DNA from: Octopus sinensis
Taxonomy: Eukaryota
Reading direction: 5' to 3'
NCBI RefSeq assembly: GCF_006345805.1
Contig: NC_042998.1
Coordinates: forward strand, 174,220,001 to 174,284,000
DNA: 64,000 nt
A program made the position numbers and the translations under genes. The notes under the pieces were generated by a model. It was not told where the DNA came from, did no database searches, and was given only the letters and a program-made list of their open reading frames with translations. This document shows, one piece after another, positions 15,242 to 27,845 of this stretch. Numbering within the stretch: position 1 is the stretch's first letter; each line of letters opens with the position of its first letter.

Positions 15242-15518
15242 GACACGCACGTATGTATTATGGATATAAATACAGATATAAATATATGTGTGTATATATA
15301 CATACATACGTACATACACACATACATACATACATACCTACATACCTACATACATACATGTATACATACATACATACATATACATAGGAGAGTAATGTAG
15401 TTCGCTTGAAGCACTGTGCATTGTTTGTAAAGAATAGAATATTTTGAATGACACAACAATACACTACAATACAATCAATGGGCTATAATAACTGTTGTAA
15501 TTTAATCATCCGTAGTCT

Positions 15519-15557
15519 GATATGATATTTCGGAATAAAATTCCTTCTTCAGATATC
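15519..15557 (-). ncRNA. Minimal type-I hammerhead ribozyme motif
   Basis: GAUAU-CUGAAGA-A-GGAAU-uuu-AUUCC-GAA-AUAU-C|AUAUC; helices I and II fully paired, helix III reduced to the palindrome AUAU. Confidence 0.8.
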
Positions 15558-15844
15558 CCTAGGAATTGATGAAGTCGCTGCTATAATCGGTTTTCGGAAG
15601 CCTCTCAGCAGTGGTCTCACGAAGCTCCTTCCCGAAATCCTCATGAGAAGTGCGTGAGATTGGCTGTGTCTCAATCTCGTGTGTGCTGGCATATCTGCAG
15701 CGGTGCTTCTAAGTTATGTGTTATACGTGCAGCTTCCTTTCTTTCTTCCCTTCTTTTTTTCCTCTTTTTTTTGCTATAAACAATACATGAGCATGTTATC
15801 AAAAATGAATCTACACGCATCCAGATGTAGCTAAATAATGCATA

Positions 15845-16150
15845 GATTACCAGCCTCCAGCCTGTTGTTAATTTGAGACCCTAGTCTGAGTATGAGTATG
15901 GCTTCCTTAATTCTTAAATTACCCATATTTCTTCCATTGATCTTAGTTGTGACTGTTATGCATTTGTCGGAGTTCCGCCATCTGTCTGGCTCTCGTGTTC
16001 AGATGTTCTTTGATGCGGACGTGTAACGGTCTTGTTGTGCTACCCATAGAGAACTTGTTGCATTTGTTACATTGTATTCTATACATAACATTTACCCTTT
16101 GGCAGAAAACTGTGTCACGGATGGGACAGTTTGTTAGTGTGCATTTATTG
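15845..16150 (-). pseudogene. GIY-YIG endonuclease remnant of the PLE
   Basis: NVMYRIQCNKCNKFSMGSTTRPLHVRIKEH and LRIKEAILILRLGSQIN; disrupted frame. Confidence 0.8.
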
Positions 16151-16857
16151 ATGTCCCTTGTTCGTTTGTTGTATCTCTCACCTCAGAATATAGTCTGTCA
16201 TTGCTTAAATGTTCTAGTGCCAATCTATCATATATTTCACAAGAAATCATGCAGATTTCTTTTCCTTTATATGATGGTAAGTAGACAAGGTTTTTGTTTT
16301 TTAGTTTATTCAATGTTTTATGTTGTGCCTTGGTTAAATTTATTGTTATTTTCGATTCTTTCCTTAAAATGTTGGAGATTTAATGTTTCAATCTGGATAG
16401 TTTGTGGTTCAGTTCTTGGTTGTTTGGGGGTGGGTGGAGTGGGTGGTCTAGTTGGTACATGGGAAATTTGCCGAGTATGTTCTTCTTTTTTATCACCGAT
16501 AGTCATTTGAGTTGGTTGGCGGTTCCACAAAAGTTGGCTTCCAGGTCGAATAAGATTTTTTAATTCGGCTGTTGGCTCAAGATAAATTTAGGGCCCAGAC
16601 TGAGAAGTTCGAGTTCTTCATGGGAGAGTGATCCACTCAAGTCTGTGACTAGGATTTTTGTTGTTGATGGTGTGCTGGCGTCCTCGCTATTAGTGCTATC
16701 ACGTTCGGTGAACGTGTCCTGTTCATCTGTGTCGGTGTGTAATAGGCCGAGTTGTGTCGGTATTTGGTATAAAGCCACTGGAATTTAAGTTTGAGGCGTT
16801 TCTTCTCTTGGTCAACGCAATGTTGGTAGCATCGGTCAATAGCTGCGGTTGTTCTTC

Positions 16858-16860
<3 letters not shown>

Positions 16861-16927
<67 letters not shown>

Positions 16928-16961
16928 TATAGATAGATAGATAGATAGATACATACATACA

Positions 16962-16997
<36 letters not shown>

Positions 16998-17024
16998 TGC
17001 GTGTATGTTTCTATGTATAGATAC

Positions 17025-17055
<31 letters not shown>

Positions 17056-17078
17056 GGCAGATAAACAGATAGACAGAC

Positions 17079-17123
<45 letters not shown>

Positions 17124-17125
17124 GA

Positions 17126-17161
<36 letters not shown>

Positions 17162-17222
17162 TGCGTGTATGTTTCTATGTATAGATACACAGACAGACAG
17201 ACAGACAGACAGGCAGATAGAC

Positions 17223-17284
<62 letters not shown>

Positions 17285-17320
17285 TAGATAGATAAAAATA
17301 TGTATATGTATATATATATG

Positions 17321-17413
<93 letters not shown>

Positions 17414-17510
17414 TATGTATATATATATATGCATACGTACATATATATATACATATATGCATACATATATACACTTACACACAGAAATATACATATATAT
17501 ATATACATAC
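16861..17510. repeat. Compound (TA)n/(ATAG)n/(ACAT)n/(ACAG)n microsatellite with a duplicated block
   Basis: Direct reading. Confidence 0.95.
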
Positions 17511-18922
17511 ATACATCAAACACGTACAGAAACACACATAAACGTATAAACATACAAATTGACTGGGACTTAAAGCTTTGAATCCCCCATTAAATTAAAC
17601 TTTAAAATGAAATTCCCACCAGCAAATCATCATAGCAGTAAATGTTCCGTTATTATACCGAATCTATCAATAAAATAATAATCTTAATTTAACTTTTATA
17701 TCTATACATACAAAATGTCGAAGTGATAGCTGACGTGAGGATTCTAGTCTCATGTTAAATATCATTTCGCCCTTGCGGTAATGCCTTTGCTCATTGCTCC
17801 CTATTTTTCTGCTACATCTGTATTATTTACCTAGGTTAGTTCAGATTCTTAGGTTATTTGGTTCCTTGATGAAGTAACTTCCTTTGGACCAACTATTAAT
17901 TATACCTGTTGCCAACTACTTACGTAACTAACTCGGAAAGCATTTCCCCCTAGTGAACTTATTGGTGGATATAATGTTAATTTGAGCGCCAGATAAATGC
18001 TTACATTCATTACATATATCTCCTCTAGAAGTGCTACGCATAATTTATCATTAGCTGTTTTTAAATTAGTGAGAGTTCTTTGAAAGAAGCTAATTAATTC
18101 TGACTAAAATTGATAATGAAGTAGTATTTAACTTTTCGTGTATGTCCTGAAATGTAATCCCATGCTGATGTTTTTACACAATACACACACACACACGCAC
18201 ACACACACACACATACACACATACACACACGTTCACTCACATTTATGACTGAGCAGGCATTCTACTTTCGCGTATTTGTATCTAAAATGTTACCAGTTAT
18301 TCATGTACCAACACATTCATGCATAGGCAACAATATACGCGTTTACAAACAGGAATTTATGCATATATATTTCGTGGTAATTGTGTTGGTAATTATGAGA
18401 GAGACGCGTATAATCTAACATAGATGTCGTCTGCTTATATACAGACGGAGATACATGAAAGATGTAAGATGTATTACGTAGGTTATGTTTCTTTGATGCG
18501 CATCAGGCAAAGACAGTTTCTTTGATTCAGATAAAAAAAAAACTATTCTGATTAGGAAGCACTTGAAAGCTATCGCTAGCCGACATAAACTGAAAGACAT
18601 ATAACGGCTACTAAAGACAGTTGCAGCGACCATCACCCGTAACAGTAGTTGACCATGATTTCTCTCCGCACATATGACTTCACAAATATTAAACGGTAAT
18701 GGGGCAAGGGACAGTATTTATAACCGTAATCTCTATGATTCAAGAGATGCGACCGTTGAATTTTACTCATACAAAGGCACATCATTAATCGTGTGGACAT
18801 AATATTTACATATATACACATATATATGTGTGTATGTGTGTGTGTTTGTGTATGTATTATATATGTATGTGATACACATACAAACATATATATGTGTGTA
18901 TATATATATGTATATGTATCTA

Positions 18923-18958
<36 letters not shown>

Positions 18959-18962
18959 CTCT

Positions 18963-19360
18963 TTACTCTTTTACTTGTTTCAGTTACTTGGCTGCGGCCA
19001 TGCTGTAGCACCGCCTTTAGTCGAAGAAATCGACCCCCAGGACTTATTCTTTGTAAGCCTAGTACTTATTCTATCGGTCTCTTTTGCCGAACTGCTAAGT
19101 TACGGGGACGTAAACACACCAGCATCGGTTGTCAAGCGATGTTGGGGGACAAACACAGACACACAAACACACACACATATATATACATATATACGACGGG
19201 CTTCTTTCAGTTTCCGTCTACCAAATCCACTCACCAGGCTTTGGTCGGCCCGAGGCTACAGTAGAAGACACTTGCCCAAGGTGCCACGCAGTGGGACTGA
19301 ACCCGGAACTATGTGGTTGGTAAGCAAGCTACTTACCACACAGCCACTCTTGCGCTTTCA
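18963..19360 (-). mobile_element. Near full-length tRNA-derived SINE (octopus OK-like by inference)
   Basis: Minus-strand head agtggctgtgtggtaagtagcttgcttaccaaccacatagttccgggttcagtccc, ggcaccttgggcaagtgtctt block, internal (CA/TA)n and tail ending in ctgaaacaagtaaaag; several copies in the window. Confidence 0.85.
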
Positions 19361-19386
19361 TATATATATATATATATATAATATAT

Positions 19387-19520
<134 letters not shown>

Positions 19521-19625
19521 TGAAAGCGCAAGAGTGGGTGTGTGGTAAGTAGCTTGCTTACCAACCACATAGTTCCGGGTTCAGTCCCACTGCGTGGCAC
19601 CTTGGGCAAGTGTCTTCTACTGTAG
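19521..19625 (+). mobile_element. Inverted copy of the SINE head, mirroring 19256-19360 across (TA)n
   Basis: Near-exact reverse complement of 19256-19360. Confidence 0.9.
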
Positions 19626-19952
19626 AAAAAAAACACCTTTTATCAATTCAAAATAAATAATTAAATTACACCTAGAAAATTACATATAATAGATATTATT
19701 TTTTGTTTGATGTAATATTTTTATTTATATATAGTTTCTTGACTGTATTTTTTACGTCCGATGTTTAATTGTTATAAAAGATTTTACGTTTTACATATCA
19801 TTTAATTTGAGAATTTATAATTGTTAGACTTTATTTCTTATTATAATTAGATATTATTTTCATTAAATCGTAATTCTTTAAAATATACTAATTTTTATTT
19901 TAATATAATGTATAATATAATATATAATATATATTTTAATATATACTTTAAT

Positions 19953-20042
<90 letters not shown>

Positions 20043-21152
20043 ACATATACATCTGTATTCTATGTATAAGAAAAAGCATTATGTGATTAAATGTTCTAAT
20101 GTTCGAGATGTGAATGACCTTAGATTTGCTGTTTGTTCTAAAACCAAAGTTTGTTATACTCGTCTCATTTACCTGAGTACTTCTATAGCAATCCTATCAA
20201 CCATTTTGTTCCTGATGAGAAGCAATCACTATTATTATTGAAATTTTTGCTCATTTGAGCACTTCATATAGGCGGCATAATGAATAAACAATGTCTAAGC
20301 TTTTCCACAAAGAATATACCCATACCCTCGAATAATGCATACATGGAATCATTAATCCATGGAACCACGGAATTCATTAACAGGCTAAGATGGCGGGCCT
20401 ATTTCGTTGACTTGAAAAATAAGAAGAGTGACAACAGTTTCAATGAATCTGACCTTACCGACGAGAAAAATAATTATAGCATTAAAACCTATAGAAATCC
20501 TTCGTCCAACCCAGCTCTTGCTAAGTTTGAACAGGACTTGAAATTAATTAAGCTTTGAAATTTTCAAAATACACGAATCCCTTTAGAAGCTGCTTTCTCA
20601 GAAGATATCGTCTATGAAGTCATCTCCTGACGTACATGTATTTTTTTAATCTTAACATCATCTTTGATATTAATTCTAGAGTGGGGAATTTTTTGGATGT
20701 TACCTTGTGTTTAAATACCAGCCTTTATTATCCCTTTCGTAAGCCTAATAAATCGATATCATATATTAATGTATCATCTAATCACCCAAAATCTACAATA
20801 GACAGCATTATTACGGCGATAACGACTAGAATATCTAATTTATCTGCGAATGAAGAAAATTTTGAACAGCATGCACCGGTATGTAACAATGCTCTAAAGT
20901 TAAGCGGATTCAAGGCTAAAATATCATATATCCCTAATACTAGATTCAAAAACAAAATGGTTGGTTTGCCACTTAAACACGTCATGAATGCTCTGAATAA
21001 ACGCAGAGTACCACCTGACTGTAATAATAAGAGGCCTTGGATAGTAACGCGTTTAGGGATGGTGATAATAGGTACAGGTATAAGAAAAGTAATAGTGTTA
21101 GCAAAGAGATAAACAAAACAGGAGGTTCACGGTCTAGAATTAGGGAAGTTAT

Positions 21153-22019
21153 TTGGTTCGCTCCCTGCCCTTTTCCCTTAGAGAAAGGAACTTACCAAAA
21201 ATGTTTTTTAGAATTTTGAAAGAGAACTTCTCAAGGAATCATAAATACTATAGTATTTGTGACAAGTCAACTATCAAGTTCTCTTACTCTGTAATGCCTA
21301 ATTTCGCTTCGATTATTGCATCTATTAATAGAAGCAAACTTGCTGGGCGATGTAGGTGGGAATGTTCCTTTGAGGATAACCCCGGACCTGCGAATAATAA
21401 TTCTGTAACGCCAAATGCCAATGGTACAAACAGTTTGCTTTCACCGGGTTTATCGAGCCCGAGTAATAAGGGAAGATCTGACGTAATGAAAGAAGGAAAC
21501 ATGTCTAGAACTGATGATGCAAAAAGTAAAGGTAAAAATAAAAATAAGAATAAAACTAGGAAAGGCCCCGGGAAGAAATGTAATTGTAGAAACCCAGAAT
21601 TATGTTCCTTGGATGATTCCTGTCTAGTCACTAACGTCGTATATAAATGTGTAGTTAAGTACGAGGATAAATTAAATAAATTTTATATAGGTAGTACGGT
21701 AGATTTTAAAGCTAGATATAAATCACATATGAGCTCGGTTTCTAATGATAAATACAGTAATTCAACCACACTTGCATCCCATATACATTATTTGAAGAAG
21801 AATAACAAGAATTATTATCTAGAATGGTCCATCGTTTCTAGAACCCCTAACTTCAAAGGAAATATTAGCAAATGTAAGCTGTGTATAAGGGAATCCCTTA
21901 CCATCTTTAAATGTTTTGGACCATACACTTTGAATAAATTTACTAATGTGATTCCTTTTTGCATTCATAAATTTTCGTCTACCTTCTTAAAAGTGTATAG
22001 GAATAAAAAGTCGAAGTAA
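21153..22019 (+). CDS. PLE C-terminal ORF fragment: CNC...C linker plus GIY-YIG endonuclease (288 aa open)
   Basis: KKCNCRNPELCSLDDSCLVTNVVYKC...FYIGSTVDFKARYKSH...CKLCIRESLTI...LNK. Confidence 0.85.
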   Translation: MVRSLPFSLRERNLPKMFFRILKENFSRNHKYYSICDKSTIKFSYSVMPNFASIIASINRSKLAGRCRWECSFEDNPGPANNNSVTPNANGTNSLLSPGLSSPSNKGRSDVMKEGNMSRTDDAKSKGKNKNKNKTRKGPGKKCNCRNPELCSLDDSCLVTNVVYKCVVKYEDKLNKFYIGSTVDFKARYKSHMSSVSNDKYSNSTTLASHIHYLKKNNKNYYLEWSIVSRTPNFKGNISKCKLCIRESLTIFKCFGPYTLNKFTNVIPFCIHKFSSTFLKVYRNKKSK

Positions 22020-22437
22020 TTAAATCATTAATCTTTACAGGGATTTGAAACCGACGAGGCTGAATTTACTTTAATACAGCCATTTATATAATTAATAAAC
22101 TTTTTTCCTTTTTTTTTAATCTTTGAATATTTGGGCTGGTCTGAGCATGACCTCTAAAATAAGAAACCATGCAATGTTGCATCGGATTTTTTTAAAGAAC
22201 TATCACCTTGGTATGTGATGTTTTTTTTTATATTTTCCCCCGAGGAAGGAGTAATTATCGTAATGTATCCTCGTGCATTAAATACGGTGATGAACCCCTG
22301 AAATGGCCATAGGGAATGTAAATATGGCTTCATTTTTGCTTGAACACTGGCTTTTCATTACAGGTTTTACCCTTATCTTAAAAAGTAATTTCAAATCGAA
22401 ATAATTCCTAATCGATGAACTTTTATCTTACCTTATA

Positions 22438-22826
22438 TCTTCTTTATATATAAAAGTGAAGTTGTGTGTCTGTCTCCTACGATTTAGATTCCTAACTACT
22501 CCCACATTTTGCGGTACAGTGTAACCAAAAGCGGGTATCTTATAGTCGTGATTCATTTCGAGCCCTTCTGGGTATTAGCGCGCGTCTACGATGAGTCTAC
22601 AATTTTAAAAATAATTTACCATCATTTTTTCCCATTTTTTAATACATTTTTTGCTATTATATAAGGGAAGTAACTCTCTAAAAATGTATTATTAAATCTC
22701 AGAACGTAAAAAGCTACAGTAACACCCCCCTTTGTGGATAGCCATATTGAGATGGCTATTATACTTTACATCTCTAAAAATGCTTATATAGTTATTTCCC
22801 TTACAAACGCCGGGCGATACTGCTAG
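22438..22826 (+). mobile_element. Non-autonomous Helitron, copy 1 of a tandem pair
   Basis: 5' A|TCttctttatatataaaag; 3' aacgccgggcgatactgCTAG. Confidence 0.75.
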
Positions 22827-23214
22827 TTATATATAAAAGAGAAGTTGTGTGTCTGTCTCCTACGATTTAGATTCCTAACTACTCCCACATTTTGCGGTGC
22901 AGTGTAACCAAAAGCGGGTATCTTATAGTCGTGATTCATATCGAGCCCTTCTGGGTATTAGCGCGCGTCTACGATGAGTCTACTATTTTAAAAATAATTT
23001 ACCATCATTTTTTCCATTTTAATGCATTATTTTCGCTAAGGGAAGTAACTCTCTAAAAATGTCTACGATGAGTCAACGATTTTTTTAAAAATTTACCATC
23101 ATTTCTTTTCCATTTTTAATGCATTTTATTGCTATTTTTTGGCTATAACTATCTAAAAATGCTTATATAGTTATTTCCCTTACAAACCCGAGCAACGCCG
23201 GGCGATACTGCTAG
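22827..23214 (+). mobile_element. Non-autonomous Helitron, copy 2 (head-to-tail)
   Basis: Near-identical 5' ~200 bp to copy 1; 3' hairpin cccgagcaacgccggg followed by CTAG|T. Confidence 0.8.
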
Positions 23215-23749
23215 TATTATATATTTATATGTTTCCTATATATATGTATTTTTATATCTTTATATATTTATATATTTTAATATTTTTTATTAAATGTTAC
23301 AATGTTAAAAAAATTTTTTAGCCGCTAAAGTATTAATTTTAATTGCAATAGACTGTACTTACACATTTTTCTTATATGCTTGTCTAAATGAATTATTGTT
23401 TCATCTTCTGTGATTTTATGCATCAGTATTCTATGTATAAGAAAAAGCATTATGTGATTAAATGTTCGAGACGTGATATGTTAGGTGGATGACCTTAGAT
23501 TTGTTGTTTGTTCTACAACCAAAGTTTGTTATACTCATCTCATTTACTTGAGCACTTCTATAGCAGTCCTGTTAACCATTTTGTTCCTTATATATATATA
23601 TTCACAATTGAGGTTAGTTGAAATATGTTTGTCACATATTTCAACTGCTAAAGGCAAATGTACTACAGTTGCGGAGAAAATATTCTTTCTTAGGTGTGAA
23701 AAAGGTGTGAAAGCACCCCGTTCGTTCGGTGTCGCTCTCTCTCGGGAAC

Positions 23750-23792
23750 CTGAAACATCGATATTTCGAGTTTGTTGACTCTTGTCGATCAG
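23750..23792 (-). ncRNA. Variant hammerhead (core UCGACAA), left arm
   Basis: CUGA-UCGACAA-GAGU-caacaa-ACUC-GAA-AU-AUCGAU-GU-U|UCAG. Confidence 0.6.
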
Positions 23793-23826
23793 ATATACTT
23801 GAAAGGGTTGCCCGTCTCAGGTACAT

Positions 23827-23869
23827 CTGATCGACAAGAGTCATCAAAATCGAAACATCGATGTCTCAG
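23827..23869 (+). ncRNA. Variant hammerhead (core UCGACAA), right arm
   Basis: CUGA-UCGACAA-GAGU-caucaa-AAUC-GAA-AC-AUCGAU-GU-C|UCAG; one helix II mismatch. Confidence 0.55.
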
Positions 23870-24282
23870 AATCCCGAGAGAGAGTGACACTGAACGAAGG
23901 GGGTGTTTTCACATCTTTTTTTTTACCATAAGAGAGAATTTTTTCTCCACGGTAACTACAGTGCATTTGTGTTTAGCAGTTGAAATATGTGACAAACGTA
24001 TTTCAACTTGCCTAAATTGTGATAATATGTAAACACTGCTTAGCGTATTTTCTCTGATATATATATATATATATATGAAAAATACATTAAATACTATAAA
24101 ACTTACACGTAGGACAGACACTGAAGGACCGTAAATCTTCATCAGTTATCGACAGAAAAATACTAGTACCCAGTTTCATGCCTTTAACGATAAGACTGAG
24201 AACTCCGTATAGCGGCGGCACCCGCAAGATTTGCAGAGAGTTAGGACTCGAGCAAACAAGACAATACAGGGTGGACGCATGT

Positions 24283-24520
24283 ATAGGCACAGGGTGGCTG
24301 CGCGGTGAGAAGGTTGGTTTCAGGTTTAGTTACACTATGTGGTACCTTGGCCAAATGTCTTTTGGTCTCGATCCGACAGAAAATGAAAGAAGTCTGCTGT
24401 AAATGGGTAACACTGTGACGGACTAGCCTTCCAGTCAAGGAAGAATGTTGACCTACTCGCCTAGCCAGTGGGGCAGCATCATTCGAAAGCTAACAGGGTG
24501 CAAAAGCACATTGTGACCAG
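24283..24520 (+). mobile_element. Degenerate composite SINE (head of the 18963 family, tail of the 11617 family)
   Basis: Head gtggtaccttggccaaatgtctt; tail tagccagtggggcagcatcattcgaaagcta...cattgtgaccag. Confidence 0.55.
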
Positions 24521-24531
24521 TCTGTTCAATC

Positions 24532-24879
24532 ACTAGTTTAACCCCAGGCGAAGTCTCCGCTTTACTGTTTAGTGTACGTTACTACTCTATCACTTGAGAT
24601 TTTATATCTAGCTATTTTGGTGTTGCAAATCAGTGACCGATGATCACTTTGTTTACAATATATCGCTGGCAGAAGCGGATCTTAGCTATCACTCCCACTG
24701 CGCAGGTGCGCACGGTTGATATGAGCCAAATGGCTCGAAACTGGCTGGTCTCGCGATTCTGTCAGCTACTGGAAGCTAGTAGGCGTTTGCTCCCCTTGCT
24801 AGTCATATATTGTATATAAAGTGAGCAGAACTTGCACCGAAAACCAGCTGTCGGAGAATCCGCCTAGGGTTAAACTAGT
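24532..24879. mobile_element. MITE with ~28-bp TIRs; superfamily uncertain
   Basis: actagtttaaccccaggcgaagtctccg ... cggagaatccgcctagggttaaactagt. Confidence 0.8.
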
Positions 24880-24921
24880 ATTAACTTTCACCTGCACTTT
24901 GATGTGGCTACTCGCTTTACC

Positions 24922-24952
<31 letters not shown>

Positions 24953-25039
24953 TAATTAGTTAATTATCAGTTTTCTTTTTACCTACATAAAAAAGTGTGT
25001 TATTGTTTCAGACATTTTTATGGTAGTTGAAAAGACATT

Positions 25040-26720
25040 AGCTTCTAACGCTGGAGATGTTCTACAGTATCAGCTGTTCACTACCAGTGAACTAAGGTAA
25101 TAGGTCTCATTTTTCCAGCACCTTCCGGATTTTTCGAGCGGTTCCAAGCAGTGCTGCTTTCTGCAAGTGCTCCACCCTTATTGTAGCCCATATTTGTTCC
25201 ACGTACTTCTCGAGATTTTCTTTCTTCCTTATCGCATACTTTGTTGTCAGCTGGGCATGCTATGTCTATAATCCAGCATAGTTTGTTTTCTTTCTCAACT
25301 AAGACTATGTCCGGCTTCCTATTCCCTGTCTCGTGGTCGCACTGAATCATAAAATTCCATAGGTTCTTTGCATTTCTATTTTCGACGATGCTTTCTGGTT
25401 TGTGGGTGTACCGATTTTTTGCTCTGCCAAGTCCATATTTGTTGCAAAGTGTCCAATGGACAAGCTTGGCTATATTGTCGTGGCATCTCTCATATTCCTT
25501 CTGAGCTAGTGACGTACATCGGCTGGTAATATACCATATGGTTTCGCCGTTTTGTCCACAGATTCTGCACTTACCACTTTCTGTTGCGTTGTCTATTCTC
25601 TATTCTATGTAGTTTGTTCTTAGCTCTTGCTTTTGGGTAGTACAGATTAGAGCCTCCGTTTCCAGTTTTAAATCACATTTAGTTATCCACATCCATCTTT
25701 TTTTCTCTATCTGTCTTATCTTCAAACTCCATAAGAAAATGACTATGCATTATTTTCTTTACCCACCTATTTTCAGTTTCATTCGTTTACAATTTCTTGT
25801 ATAGGGCTTTATCTTTGCAATCTTTCATCCTAAACAATCCTGACATTTTTACTTCTAATAATAGCGGCTCTGTAACATTTTTACATGCCATGCTATGTTG
25901 TTTTCTTCTGTTCTAATGCTGTGTTCGCATCCAATGAGTCCTCTTCCCCCTATTTTTCTTAGTACATACAGTCTGTCTGTGTCACTTTTTGGGTGGAGTG
26001 GCCCATATCTAGTTAAAAACTTTCTTGTCTTTCTGTCTAAGCTGTTTAGTTTGTCTGCTGTCCATGCGATTATTCCTGCTCCATTTCTAAGGAGTGAGTG
26101 AAACCGCCCAGGTGTTGATAGCTTTGATCTTATTCCGTCTATTTAATTTCGACTTAAGGATCAGTCTCAGTCTGCACAAGTACTCCACCTAATTTTTTCT
26201 GTCATTTCTTTCTCCATCAACTTATCCATTTCCCAAAACTTATCCATTTCCCAAAACTTACCCGTCTCTTCTATTTGCCCGTCCATACATTTGATTTTGC
26301 CTCTCTTCAAGACTAACACACCACACTTTCTCAGTCCGAACTCCATTCGGATATCAGCACTGAAGGTATACACCGTATCAACGAAGGAACTGACTTGGGC
26401 TTCATCTTTACTATAAAGTCTGAGATCATCCATGAATAAAAAATGGTTGAGTTTTTGTTGGCGGGTTTTGAGTACATACCCAGCTTTTACTTTCCTCACA
26501 ATCAGTGTTAGTGGTGTCAGTGAGGACAGACGGTCCCTTTGAAAGCTGCCCCTCCTAACTTCTACTGTCTCTAAACTTCTTCCGTAAGCTGTCAGGTCCG
26601 TCCTATAATTCGCCATACTTTTTCAACATTCTGTGCTAAAACTATACATAGAGACTGTAAGGGGAAAAAAAAGTAACTTAGCCATGTCATGGATCGACTA
26701 TCATAAGGCGTACGATATGA
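25040..26720 (-). mobile_element. 5'-truncated, 5'-inverted R4/Dong-type (restriction-like endonuclease) non-LTR retrotransposon, degenerate
   Basis: RT motifs RRGSFQRDRLS, NHFLFMDDLRLY and MEFGLRKC; Zn knuckle CRICGQNGETIWYITSRC; REL nuclease KPDIVLVEKENKLCWIIDIACPAD; plus-strand WIDYHKAYD at 26641-26720. Confidence 0.85.
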
Positions 26721-27274
26721 TCTCACATTCTTACCACACAACCACTCCTGCGCCTAGAAAGGATTGAGTGAGAGAGCAGTGCATGCCAACAAACTGACAC
26801 TGGGGTAAAATATACGAAGCCCAGTATACCCATCATGACTACCCGTCTGATAAGGGTACACTAGGCACATGCATCACAACCATATGTGCGCGACATGGTG
26901 ATCTCATATCAAAATAAACAGCACATGACCTTGCAGGTGGGGTCCAGTTAGAATTTTCTGGTCAAGTGACCCATCCCGCTCAAAAAGACCCTGAATAAGG
27001 GTTGTTTAAGGATGTTGAACGAAACAACCATGTATCCAGAGGTGAATTATTCAAACTCCAAAGAATCCCTCTCAACACAAAGCTATGATGCTCCCCCACT
27101 ACTTCTGCTCGTGATCAGAGATGCTCATATCGTCAGCCACTAAGGGACATGCTCAACTGGTTATGGTCAAACAACTGACAAGCAAATCTGTGGTATTGAG
27201 CAGGATATTTGCTGTAGCCCATCTTTTATACCAAGACAAAACAATGTACATGATAACACTCTTGGTATAAAAGA

Positions 27275-27538
27275 TTATTATTATTATCATTATTATTATT
27301 ATTATTATTATCATCATCATCATCATCATCATCAACATCATCATCATTATTATTATTATCATCATCATTATTATCTTCCGACTGATTTGCGTTTAATTTC
27401 ATCATCTGACCGGGTCACAACCGAAAACCTAAGGCACGTATATATTAGATGGAGAGAAACTTCCTGAGAATGTGGGCGCTTGATGTCAACACAATTTTTT
27501 TTAGTTTTATAGATTATTGCTTTCCCAGGGATCTGGTC

Positions 27539-27573
<35 letters not shown>

Positions 27574-27644
27574 TATATTATTATCATCATTATTATTATA
27601 TTATCATTATTATTATTATTATATATTATTATTATTATATTATT

Positions 27645-27675
<31 letters not shown>

Positions 27676-27845
27676 TATTATTATTATATTATTATTATTA
27701 TCATCATTATTATTATATTATTATCATTATTATTATATTATTATCATTATTATTATTATTATTATATTATTATTATTTTATTATTATTATTATCATTATT
27801 ATTATTATTATTATTCATCATTATTATTATTATTATTATTATTCT
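27275..27845. repeat. (ATT)n/(ATC)n trinucleotide arrays (27275-27375 and 27538-27845)
   Basis: Direct reading. Confidence 0.9.

Larger units (their letters stand above)
15460..16860 (-). mobile_element. Penelope-like element with RT deleted; N-terminus, GIY-YIG and 3' hammerhead retained
   Basis: VTDLSGSLSHEELELLSLGPKF and KLKNKNLVYLPSYKG (pre-RT motifs), then a jump at ~16165 to KCTLTNCPIRDTVFCQRVNVMYRIQCNKCNKFSMGSTTRPLHVRIKEH and LRIKEAILI. Confidence 0.85.
20055..23588 (+). mobile_element. Penelope-like element with RT palm deleted, bounded by ~160-bp direct repeats (20055-20213 and 23426-23588)
   Basis: N-terminus SFSTKNIPIPSNNAYMESLIHGTTEFINRLRWRAYF; RT end and thumb NFLDVTL...RKPN...SNHP; GIY-YIG ORF; direct repeat gtattctatgtataagaaaaagcatt...accattttgttcct. 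Confidence 0.8.
23602..24022. mobile_element. ~420-bp foldback element with two outward-facing hammerhead-like motifs
   Basis: ~190-bp inverted arms (tcacaatt.agg...gatcagat / atctgatc...cctaaattgtga) around a ~30-bp spacer. Confidence 0.9.

Noticed and set aside
20205-20260. CTGATGA...GAAA at the end of the PLE direct repeat
   Set aside because: Helices I-III cannot be formed; at best a relic
24110-24160. Minus-strand CTGATGA near tcttcatcagttatcg
   Set aside because: No GAAA after a helix II
26760-27250. GC-richer ~480-bp block that may be an interspersed repeat
   Set aside because: Single copy in the window, with no termini or protein motif to support a call
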